Source: a virus
DNA length: 64,000 nucleotides
IMG/VR virus record: IMGVR_UViG_3300031368_000001
Location: 32,001 to 96,000 of that record
Direction: 5' to 3' (one strand)
Shown here: one piece after another, positions 11,763-20,264 of the stretch
Layout: each line of letters starts with the position of its first letter
How positions within the stretch are numbered: position 1 is the stretch's first letter
Made by a program: the position numbers and the translations under genes
The notes under the pieces: model-generated
The model's database searches: none
The model's input: only the letters and a program-made list of their open reading frames with translations
What the model was told of the DNA's origin: nothing

Positions 11763-12809
11763 ATGAAACCATCACAACTCTTAGATGTCCTTAAAACAGG
11801 CATACCTTTACAGCGAGCCTTCTTACTTACCGGCGGCCCGGGAGTTGGAAAAACTGATGTCAGCAAACAAGCTGCTAAATTGGCCAACTATGAATGTCAG
11901 ATATTTCATCCGGTATGGAGTGATCCAACAGATCCTAAAGGAATGCCATGGGTTTATGTTCCAAAAGAATCCGATGCGCCTAAGGCAGAATTCATTCCGT
12001 TCGGTGATCTAAGAAGATTACTCGAGGCCACTGTTCCAACTTTAGCGGTACTTGATGATTTAGGCCAGGCAGCTCCATTGGTACAAGCATCATATATGCC
12101 ATGGCTTCTGGAACGCAGAATCAACGGAAGAAAGTTTCCTGATTTTATTACATTTCTTGCATGCACCAACAGGAGAGAGGACAAAGCCGCAGTATCAGGA
12201 ATTCTTGAACCCGTAAAATCCAGATTTATGAGTATACTCAATTTTGATGTTGATGTTGAAGACTGGATACAGTGGGCAATTATAAATAACATTCATCCCG
12301 TCATGAGAGCATTCATCAGAGCAAGACCAAAATTACTCTTTGACTTTAGGCCTACTGGAGATATGACCAATTCTCCAACACCGCGGACGGTCGCTCATGT
12401 AGGAAGATTATACGCAGATAAATATTCTACAGAGACAGAGTATGAACTTTACTCAGGCGCTGCAGGCGAAGGCTTTGCCGTAGAATTCCTGGCATTTTCA
12501 AAGATCTTTAGAAAGCTTGTCAGCCCTAAGAAAGTTATTCAGGACCCTGATAGCTTTGTTATCCCTTCTGAGCCTGATGTACTCTACGCACTCTGCGGAG
12601 CAGTAGCTAATCTTTCAAGCGAAGATACTATGAAGAGTATAGTTAAATTTGCAGAGAGATTAGCGGATAGCAATAACTTTGATAATGGAACAGCCAGGTC
12701 TGAATTTGCAGTGTTGCTAATTAGAGACAGCTGTAACCATGATAATGAATGTAGGAATACACGAGAATATATAGAATGGCAGACACAGAATCCAGATATC
12801 GTGGTGTAG
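11763..12809 (+). CDS. MoxR-like AAA+ ATPase
   Basis: Walker A GGPGVGKT, Walker B VLDDLGQA, ACTNRREDKA, VKSRF, PTPRT. Confidence 0.9.
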   Translation: MKPSQLLDVLKTGIPLQRAFLLTGGPGVGKTDVSKQAAKLANYECQIFHPVWSDPTDPKGMPWVYVPKESDAPKAEFIPFGDLRRLLEATVPTLAVLDDLGQAAPLVQASYMPWLLERRINGRKFPDFITFLACTNRREDKAAVSGILEPVKSRFMSILNFDVDVEDWIQWAIINNIHPVMRAFIRARPKLLFDFRPTGDMTNSPTPRTVAHVGRLYADKYSTETEYELYSGAAGEGFAVEFLAFSKIFRKLVSPKKVIQDPDSFVIPSEPDVLYALCGAVANLSSEDTMKSIVKFAERLADSNNFDNGTARSEFAVLLIRDSCNHDNECRNTREYIEWQTQNPDIVV

Positions 12810-13211
12810 GAAATGATGGTATAAGCCGCAGGGGAGTACTATGAAAAAGAAAAAACTATATTATGCTACAAAGGATAATTTTACAGAACTAACATGGAAT
12901 CCAGAACTTTTTGATAATTTTAGAGAAGCAAGCTCTCATGAAATCACATTAGAGCAGCTAGCAGACATGTTCGACCAGCACGCGGAAAGTATTAATGCGC
13001 ATGACTTCGTTACTACTCACCGTGCATTAGCAGCATTGCTTTATAAAAACTTTGGCAGGGAAATAGCAACCAAAGTATTAATATCACTTGTAGATTTTGA
13101 AGGTCTGCATGGTCTTACCGGGGTCGGTGGCAAAACAAATCCAGATGAACATGAAAAAGAATTACATGTACCATTGAATAACTGGAAAGATTGGAGCTTA
13201 GGAATATAATT

Positions 13212-14615
13212 ATGAACCAAGACATTCTTACTAAAATAACCACAGCCCAAAAAATTCTCATTCTCGATTATTCATTCTGGGGAAGTCTCGCTCTGCGTCT
13301 TACTCTAAAAGAGGACGAAACCTGTAAGACCGGTTGGACTGATGGAGTTACTCTTGGGTATAATCCACACTGGATCGAGACTCTCTCACACAAAGGAACC
13401 GTGGCCTGGTGCGCTCATGAAGTATGCCATCCAATGTGTCAGCATCATACAAGAAGAGCTGGAAGAAATCATAGGTTATGGCAAACGGCTGCTGATTATG
13501 TGGTTAACAGTATACTTGTAAAAGAAAAATTTGATTTACCCGGCCAGCCTCTCTACGATCCACGCTTCAATGGTATGAGTACAGATGAGGTATATAGTAT
13601 TTTAGAGAAAGAAATGGAGGAGGAAAGGGAAAATAGAAGGAAAGAAATCAATGAAAAAAATAAAAGTGAAAATAAAGGAGTTAAAGGAAATAACTTACCT
13701 GATAGCTCTACTGATCCTGGCAACGAGCCTATGGATGACAATTCAGATGATGGGAATGCTGGGAATGATAGAGACACCAACGATAATGGTAAAGATGATG
13801 AAAAGAATCAAAAAGACAGCGGAGGTGATTTAGGGAATAACGCCAATAAGAGCAAAGATGATCCTGATGATAACGATCCTGATAATAATGATCCTGATCC
13901 TGGCAACTGCGGAGAAGTAAGAGACTATCCAGGCAAGGATAATGACCCCTCCCCTTCTGACATGAAACAGCAAGAACAAGATTGGAAAATAGCAACTGTG
14001 CAAGCTGCAACACAAGCTAAACAACATGGCAACATGCCCGCAGGTCTCGATGCTGAAATTCAAAACATAGTAGAACCAAAAGTAGATCCGCGAGATTTAT
14101 TACAAAAATTTGTGGCCATGTCTGCTAAGAATGACTTCACGTGGTCCATGCCAAATAGAAAATATATTCCTCATGGATTATACCTACCCAGTATGAAGAG
14201 TGAAGAACTGGGAACTGTGGTTTTAGTTTTAGATACATCGATTAGTATCGGTCAGAAAGAACTGGATAATTTTTCAGCGATCGTCTCAGCTATTCTGGAA
14301 ACGTATATTATAGATGCGATTGTTCTTTACTGTGACACGAAAATATACGAACCTGAGTATTTCAAGAGAGAAGATTTACCCCTGAAACTAAAAATGAAAG
14401 GACGGGGTGGAACGAATTTTGCGCCACCTTTCTTGTTCGTAAAAGAACATGACATAGATCCGGTATGCCTGATTTATTTAACAGATCTTGAATGTAATGA
14501 CTATCCAGATTTTGAACCAAGTTATCCGGTGATGTGGATATGTACGGACCCACCGGAATATGTATATGATATACCACCATTCGGGGAAATAATATATATA
14601 GATTTAGAGAAGTGA
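13212..14615 (+). CDS. Metallopeptidase-like (DUF2201 N) + VWA domain protein
   Basis: TGWTDG, HEVCH (HExxH), D/N-rich linker, MIDAS DTSIS, GRGGTNF, YLTD; ATG at 13212 more likely than TTG at 13191. Confidence 0.9.
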   Translation: MNQDILTKITTAQKILILDYSFWGSLALRLTLKEDETCKTGWTDGVTLGYNPHWIETLSHKGTVAWCAHEVCHPMCQHHTRRAGRNHRLWQTAADYVVNSILVKEKFDLPGQPLYDPRFNGMSTDEVYSILEKEMEEERENRRKEINEKNKSENKGVKGNNLPDSSTDPGNEPMDDNSDDGNAGNDRDTNDNGKDDEKNQKDSGGDLGNNANKSKDDPDDNDPDNNDPDPGNCGEVRDYPGKDNDPSPSDMKQQEQDWKIATVQAATQAKQHGNMPAGLDAEIQNIVEPKVDPRDLLQKFVAMSAKNDFTWSMPNRKYIPHGLYLPSMKSEELGTVVLVLDTSISIGQKELDNFSAIVSAILETYIIDAIVLYCDTKIYEPEYFKREDLPLKLKMKGRGGTNFAPPFLFVKEHDIDPVCLIYLTDLECNDYPDFEPSYPVMWICTDPPEYVYDIPPFGEIIYIDLEK

Positions 14616-15159
14616 TGATGCCTAAATATAAAGTAGTTTTGTTGTCGCCAATGCTAACCTGGGAGAAAGTAGATGCTGAATCAACTGAAAAGGCTGAAGA
14701 AGAATGTTGGAATGATCCATGCCTTGATCGAATAGATTTGACAGACGGGCCATTTTATATGGCCGCAGAGGAAATTGAGGAGGATGAAATTGAGTAAACC
14801 TAATCTCCTTGTAGTTACCTTCTTATATCTTTACTTTGTTGTCCGCGCGTAACCTTTTTTTTAGAAATACTACCTAAAGAAAGAGAGAAAGAATAAATGA
14901 AAATAGCCATAGTTAGCTCAAAAGACCTTGGCCTCAACTGCTGGTCACCAAAAAGATTTCTTGGATCCTGTGATCAGTGTGATAAAGTAATGAAATGTAA
15001 ATTACCAGAAGCCCGAGCAGGGAGAATTAAGTTACTAAATGGTAAAATTACTGAAGCTCATAAAATAGTGAAAAAATTAGAAGAGCAGAGATTCCAGGAA
15101 GTGAAAGAAGGGTTGAGGGAAGAGAGTAAATTGTAATTTGTTTATATACAGATATTTTT

Positions 15160-15182
15160 CTGGTTAATACTGTGCGTTATAC
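15160..15182 (+). mobile_element. Right half of an attC site (L'-R')
   Basis: CTGGTTAA-TACTGTGC-GTTATAC. Confidence 0.6.
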
Positions 15183-15200
15183 GCAAAAGGAAACTTAAAT

Positions 15201-15392
15201 ATGAAATATATATATGCTGTACTCAGGGAGACAGGTGGAGCACACAAAAGTATGGACGTAATGAGCGTGTGGACAAACAAAAAACTCGCCCAGAAAGAGG
15301 CTAATAAATTGAATGTATTAGCATCGGAGGGCTATGAATGTGAAGTGCGTAGATGGATTGTAAATGAAACTGGTGATACAATTAACTGGTAG
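15201..15392 (+). CDS. Cassette 1 hypothetical protein
   Basis: Bounded by GTTATACGC (15176) and its exact reverse complement GCGTATAAC (15392). Confidence 0.75.
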   Translation: MKYIYAVLRETGGAHKSMDVMSVWTNKKLAQKEANKLNVLASEGYECEVRRWIVNETGDTINW

Positions 15393-15393
15393 C

Positions 15394-15452
15394 GTATAAC
15401 CATGCCCCTGAAGCCAACAGCAAATAGCTGCGGCTTACCGGCGGCGTTAGGA
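15394..15452 (+). mobile_element. attC site (59 bp)
   Basis: GTATAAC...T(G)AAGCC...GGCTTA...GTTAGGA; imperfect palindrome with extrahelical base. Confidence 0.8.
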
Positions 15453-15459
15453 GTCAACA

Positions 15460-15729
15460 ATGAGTGTTGTCACAGATATTATTTTGGTTACTGCTATTGA
15501 GGATGGCGCATATAGACCATCATTCGACTTAGTTAAAGTCGACCAATACGCAGGCGGAGGCAAGGCGGTACAGTGCGATGTGTTTATGTCAGCCGTTAAC
15601 TACTTGGTTTTAGAGGATTTACTTGATTGGTTCAAGTCTGTAAGATGGGAATATCCAGAACAGGTGCAACTTTTTGTTAAAGGCGAACACGACGACAAGT
15701 TTGCTGTGTACTGCCCTGAAAACTCCTAA
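15460..15729 (+). CDS. Cassette 2 hypothetical protein
   Basis: Bounded by GTTAGGAGT (15446) and ACTCCTAAC (15722); stop TAA lies inside R''. Confidence 0.8.
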   Translation: MSVVTDIILVTAIEDGAYRPSFDLVKVDQYAGGGKAVQCDVFMSAVNYLVLEDLLDWFKSVRWEYPEQVQLFVKGEHDDKFAVYCPENS

Positions 15730-15790
15730 CCAATCGTTCAACAACCGACCGCCGATACAGCCCTGTGGCGGGTTAACTCAAACGTTAGGT
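15724..15790 (+). mobile_element. attC site (67 bp)
   Basis: TCCTAAC-CAATCG-TT(C)AAC...CCGCC/GGCGG...GTTAA-CTCAAAC-GTTAGGT. Confidence 0.85.
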
Positions 15791-15954
15791 GGCAAGCATG
15801 AGAAAGCCTTTGACAGGGCATAGGCCATATCCGAGTGAAAGGATAGTACAGCCCATGGATAAGGCATCACACATGCAAGTCTGGTTGGCTATAACTATTA
15901 TTGGCAATTAGCATTGCTGGTAGTTTAGGCAGTTCGATTCTGCCATTGCCACCT
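15788..15954 (+). ncRNA. tRNA-like RNA with expanded D-arm region (cassette 3)
   Basis: GGTGGCAA/TTGCCACC terminal stem; T-arm GGCAG-TTCGATT-CTGCC (15928-15944); long hairpin before it; no + strand ORF in the track. Confidence 0.6.
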
Positions 15955-16012
15955 AATAAATCCCTGAACCAGACGCCATAAAGCTCGGCGCTGGTTAGCT
16001 CAAGCGTTAAGG
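15951..16012 (+). mobile_element. attC site (62 bp)
   Basis: ACCTAAT-AAATCC-CT(G)AACCAG(A)CGCC...GGCG-CTGGTTAG-CTCAAGC-GTTAAGG; two extrahelical bases at canonical positions. Confidence 0.85.
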
Positions 16013-16021
16013 AGGAAAAAA

Positions 16022-16180
16022 ATGAAAATGTCAGTAAAAGAGTTTGATTCATTGACAAAGAGAGATTTTGACAATGGAGCGGTTAGGGATGCTATTCGCA
16101 ATAGCTTAAAAGAGTGTGAAAAATTGCTTGCCTCCCAACAAGTCGTTGAAGCAGACCGCGCTAATCGCACGACTGATTAA
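16022..16180 (+). CDS. Cassette 4, 52-aa ORF reading into its attC
   Basis: SD AAGGAGG; MKMSVKEFDSLTKRDFDNGAVRDAIRNSLKECEKLLASQQVVEADRANRTTD*; below the ORF-track cutoff. Confidence 0.6.
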   Translation: MKMSVKEFDSLTKRDFDNGAVRDAIRNSLKECEKLLASQQVVEADRANRTTD

Positions 16181-16194
16181 CTCAGGCGTTATAA
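16133..16194 (+). mobile_element. attC site (62 bp)
   Basis: TCCCAAC-AAGTCG-TT(G)AAGCAG(A)...CTGATTAA-CTCAGGC-GTTATAA. Confidence 0.85.
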
Positions 16195-16207
16195 TTTAAG
16201 AGGAAAA

Positions 16208-16456
16208 ATGAAAGAAGAAAAAAAAATATGCGACATGATTTTAAGTACTGTTTCACGCTTCAATGATGCTCAAAGTATTGGGATTGAGGTTCTAGAGAAA
16301 TATAAGAACATGGATAAAGGCATAGTTCCAGAGTTGCAAGAAATCGCTTTTCATGTTCAGAGTTTAGCACGAGGCTGGCGTTCTCAGCAAGATCGGGCAG
16401 ATGAGTGTTATGAGAAATATGCTGCATATAAAAAATATTGCAATGAAAATCTATAA
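16208..16456 (+). CDS. Cassette 5 hypothetical protein (attC deleted after R'')
   Basis: Starts after GTTATA (16188); ends in CTATAAC (16451-16457). Confidence 0.7.
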   Translation: MKEEKKICDMILSTVSRFNDAQSIGIEVLEKYKNMDKGIVPELQEIAFHVQSLARGWRSQQDRADECYEKYAAYKKYCNENL

Positions 16457-16474
16457 CAATAAGGAGGAAAAACC

Positions 16475-16744
16475 ATGCCAGGAGTAATTAATTACACAAA
16501 GCTCCCAGAAAGTCTAAGAGGGGGAGCACAAAGATGGATAGAAAATGGAATAGTTCCAGGAAGTTTTCTCACAGCAGTGATCCGTAATGATCTAACAGAA
16601 AGCTTTGCACAAGCTGATTATATTAATATCACTAAATTACAAGATATTGTGCACTTCTTTTACTGGGAAGCTCCAAGCCAGTGCTGGGGCTCAAAGGAAA
16701 AGATGATTGCATGGGGGAAAAAATTTAATGAGATAAGACCATGA
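16475..16744 (+). CDS. Conserved phage hypothetical protein
   Basis: PGSFLTAVIRNDL...AD...APSQCWGS motif. Confidence 0.75.
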   Translation: MPGVINYTKLPESLRGGAQRWIENGIVPGSFLTAVIRNDLTESFAQADYINITKLQDIVHFFYWEAPSQCWGSKEKMIAWGKKFNEIRP

Positions 16745-17000
16745 ATATGAGAAGCGCTATGGCCAGCGCAAGAGCGAGAACTTTAAATGAAAAATTCCAT
16801 AAAAGTGCTGAAAACACTGTAAATAGATTACTAACAAGCCCCACACATTCAGCAAGAGTCTCTACAAAGTTAGCTAAACATATTTTGATACAACATGAAA
16901 CTCTCTTATATAATGGAATAGTATATTCTACTCACGTAAGAAATATAGGCGCTGGTGTAAAGGAATTATATTTAAAGGAATTTCATGAGGAGATAAGACC

Positions 17001-17345
17001 ATGACTGATAATGATGCCATGACCGACAATAACACCATCCGTGATGTAAACACCGTCCGTGATGTAAACACCGTCCGTGATGTAAACACCGTCCGTGATG
17101 TAATAAAATTTAAAGTACATGTGATAAGAACAGGCTGGGCAAGTTTGGATATTGCTATCGCTGCAAAAGATAAGGATAGTGCAAAAACAAAAATTATGGA
17201 TACTATTGGAGACTATGAATTCTCAGAATATGATGCTGAGTATGAAATAGAATCTATGGAGATAATACCATGACTGACAATACTATGACTGATAATACCA
17301 TGACCGATAATAATATGACTGATAATAACACCGTCCGTGATGTAA
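17001..17345 (+). repeat. 18-bp (NTVRDV) and 15-bp (MTDNT) coding tandem repeats shared by ORFs 17001-17273 and 17270-17497
   Basis: AACACCGTCCGTGATGTA x4; ATGACTGAYAATA units. Confidence 0.9.
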
Positions 17346-17506
17346 TGAAAGATCGTATCCGGGATCTGTTGGCTGGATATTTTAGGATAGATAATTTAGA
17401 TGTAGACGCTGATCTCGTAGCCAATATAGCTGATGAAGCTTTTTCGGTGACAGGGATAAGTGAGAAAGAACAGGATGAGGAGTGGAAAATTTTATAGAGG
17501 TTAGCT

Positions 17507-17577
17507 AATACAGGCAGTGATTATAAAGAGCCCCAAGAAGGAACCTGGTGTGGTTTTAATCATTGCCTGTATTTTTA
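17507..17577 (+). terminator. Long-stem hairpin, probable terminator
   Basis: AATACAGGCAGTGATTA/TAATCATTGCCTGTATT 17-bp stem followed by T residues. Confidence 0.6.
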
Positions 17578-18087
17578 TGTCTGGGTTTTCTCTTGTTCTA
17601 AGAGATCAAAAATGAAAAATAAAAGCCGGTCCTTTAGGAAATCCTTAATGGTTGTGAGAAAAAGTAGCTGTGAGAAAAAAAAAGAAAATATCATGAATAC
17701 TTACATAGGCACTTACCAGGATATGATAGAAAGAACTGTAGAGCTGATCCTTGCCGCGGCAGAAAAAATTCATAATAAAGATGCTATAAGTCGGATTTAC
17801 ACGGCCAACAGAGAGGTTGACACAAAAATTGGCAATATTATGGAGAATATCAGAAAGAAGAAGAGATCATGACTAAACAGGAAAAGCGTAAGTACTGCAT
17901 CGGCTGTAGAGACAATTTCTACAACGGCAATAATCCATATGGCATTAAGGAATGCTGGAATCTTAAAGATGCAAAATTCGTGAAAAGAAAAAAGATTCCT
18001 ATAGATTTGAGCCCACCTTATGATCATATAAAAAAACAGAAAGTTTTGAGCTGCTATGGCCAAAAGGGGTATGTATATTGGTAGTTA

Positions 18088-18182
18088 GGTGGTAAATGCT
18101 GCTTATAAGCAGAGGGTCAGCTTGTATCTGACGTTTGATAGTAAACAAAACTATCATGCAGGGTTAAATCTGTATACCACCT
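18088..18182 (+). ncRNA. Non-canonical tRNA-like cloverleaf, anticodon TGT, long variable arm (cassette)
   Basis: Acceptor GGTGGTA/TACCACC; D-arm CTGCT-TATA-AGCAG; anticodon arm GTCAG-CTTGTAT-CTGAC; variable arm TGATAGT/ACTATCA; T-arm TGCAG-GGTTAAAT-CTGTA. Confidence 0.65.
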
Positions 18183-18236
18183 AACCAACCCACTAAGCTC
18201 GATAGCTAAAATTGCTGGTTAATTCAAGCGTTAGAT
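18179..18236 (+). mobile_element. attC site (58 bp, degenerate L'')
   Basis: ACCTAAC...CTGGTTAA-TTCAAGC-GTTAGAT; right arm nearly identical to that of attC 15951-16012. Confidence 0.7.
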
Positions 18237-18253
18237 TCATCAAGGAGGTAAAC

Positions 18254-18451
18254 ATGGAAATAGACGAAATTATAAATAACTTGGGCAAAAAAATATCAAC
18301 TCCAAAAGGAAATCAATTATTAGCTGGTTTTCAAATTGCAGTGTTAATGGAAAACAATAAATTAAAAGCATATCCTCAATCAATATCATTAATCTGTTGG
18401 TCAGATAATGGTGGAAAATATATGCATTGGGCAATTGATTGTAAAAAATAA
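18254..18451 (+). CDS. Cassette hypothetical protein
   Basis: SD AAGGAGG then ATG at 18254; stop inside R''-like AAATAAC. Confidence 0.65.
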   Translation: MEIDEIINNLGKKISTPKGNQLLAGFQIAVLMENNKLKAYPQSISLICWSDNGGKYMHWAIDCKK

Positions 18452-18506
18452 CAAGCCGGTTGAGTCTAACGCTCATAAACTCGCGTGTCTTACCTCACCA
18501 TTATAC
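18446..18506 (+). mobile_element. Degenerate attC (crossover G>A)
   Basis: AAATAAC-AAGCCG-GTTGAG...CTTAC-CTCACC-ATTATAC. Confidence 0.5.
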
Positions 18507-18662
18507 ATCCTAATAGCGTCTTAACGAAAGGAAAATACCATGAAAGTAGACCTAATAGCTATTGGCTATGAATGGATCTGTCTGAAGTGTGGACATCTTA
18601 ATAATGAGTTCGAGATATTAAAAGAAGTTACCTGCGTAGAATGCGGTGAGATTTATGAAGTA

Positions 18663-18750
18663 GGTGAGACAGAACATGCGTGTGGGTGAGACAGAACATG
18701 CGTGTGGGTGAGGCAGAACATGCTTATAGGTGAGACAGAACATACTTATA
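18663..18750 (+). repeat. 22-bp tandem repeat x4
   Basis: GGTGAGACAGAACATGCGTGTG and variants; duplicates the 3' end of a Zn-ribbon ORF (18540-18689). Confidence 0.9.
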
Positions 18751-19229
18751 GATAAAAAAGCAAAATAGAGGAGGTGAGTATACATGAATAACACAATTTT
18801 CATATCGATAAAGGGCGGAGTTATCCAGAGTATCAATGTTACGGATGACCTGGATAGTATAAAAGCTGTGGTTATTGATTTTGATGTTCAAGGAATAGAG
18901 GATTCAACGCTCAATCTTGTGGATGGTCAGTGGGCAGTAATTTTTAATTACGGAGTAGAAAAAATAGCGGACGGAGATGTGGAGCATTTTGAGGGGATAG
19001 TGAAGAAGGGGACTAAGGGATGATTTTTTAGTAATGACAGCTAGATTTACTTGGATACTGTTTTTTGAGAAACTGTTTTCTTTGAAGATTTTCTATGTCG
19101 CTTCTTTTTATAATTCTCCAGACTTCTGATAAAATCCGGGTCAAAGTAAAGTGGTTTCTTTTTAGGCAGTAAATTCTTACCAAAGTCTCCAAAGTTAGTC
19201 ATTATAATTTTTCCCTATAACTCTTCCTT

Positions 19230-19990
19230 CTTTTTTAGCTTAAATTATATCATATTTATCAACTAAAAGCTAATATTATTTTAGACATATAGAAAAAATG
19301 TGGAAAATAGTAAAAATAAATAAGAACTTAGGAAAACACAGCAATTTAAAGCAATTTAAAGCATTTCAAAGCAATCCATCAGATCGGATATTTGGGGCCA
19401 TCAAAAATCAACAAAAATTTTTATTAATGATTCTATATACTTATATTAAAAATGATGGGGATGATTTTTTCTGATTCTTAAAAATCTCTGCAAAATTTTT
19501 CCTGGATAATCACGGAAAATAGCAAAAAGGTTTTTTGGGTAGTAACACTATCTTATTTAGAGTACCCGGTAAGTACCTGAAATTACTCAAAGAGTAACGG
19601 CAGAAAACCTTGGTGTTACTGGCCTAAGGGGTTGAAATAACTAAAAAAAACCCCTATATGGTAACGGGTACACCTGTTTTGAAAACTTTTTCTTGGAATT
19701 TTTAGCGTACCAGAAAAGTTTTATTTTTTATAATTCAGCCGTTACTGTTACCGGGGACGTCTAGCATTTAGTACTCTAAGTTATTGAAATGACTGAAGAA
19801 AAAAGGTTACAAACAGCGAAAACAGCGATTTTTTGAAAAGCTGAGAGCTACGTGATTTCAGGTACTTACGTCAACTAGTTAATAGTAACGTTTAACTATT
19901 TCTGGAGTACCTGTTTCAATGATTTCAGGTACTTAGCAGTACACGGCTGATTTTCTGCCGTTACTGTGTAAGTTATACTGTAAGTGTTGT
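19230..19990. other. Putative replication origin
   Basis: ~750 bp without an ORF, close to the 3' end of the primase gene; AT-rich block, AGCAATTTAAA-like x3, ATTTCAGGTACTTA x3 (one inverted), many GTAAC/GTTAC iterons. Confidence 0.6.
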
Positions 19991-20264
19991 AAGTTAGACC
20001 AAAAAAGTACTGGTGAGGAGGTTAAAAATGGCAACTAAACGTAATGTGGGTTTTATCCCTATATTTAGAAAGAAGGATGGTGCTGTGTATTGCAGACCCT
20101 CTCCTATTTTTAGTGATAAGCGATCGGCCAGGATAGGTGTAGCAAAAAAAGGATGGTTGGACAAAGATAATTTTTTAACTATAGGCAAGGTGGTATTCAG
20201 AACGGAGGCAGAAAATAGTGCGGAGGGTTAACGTATAAAAAATGCTCGAATTATGAACTATGAA

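Noticed and set aside
15788-15954. tmRNA
   Set aside because: About half the expected length; no tag ORF and no Ala acceptor identity
17031-17103. 18-bp repeats as CRISPR or iterons
   Set aside because: In-frame coding tandem repeat with no spacers
18663-18750. 22-bp repeats as a CRISPR mini-array
   Set aside because: Head-to-tail with no spacers; duplicated gene end
19913-19935. GTTTCAAT as a second CRISPR repeat
   Set aside because: Similarity stops after 8 nt; part of the origin motif ATTTCAGGTACTTA
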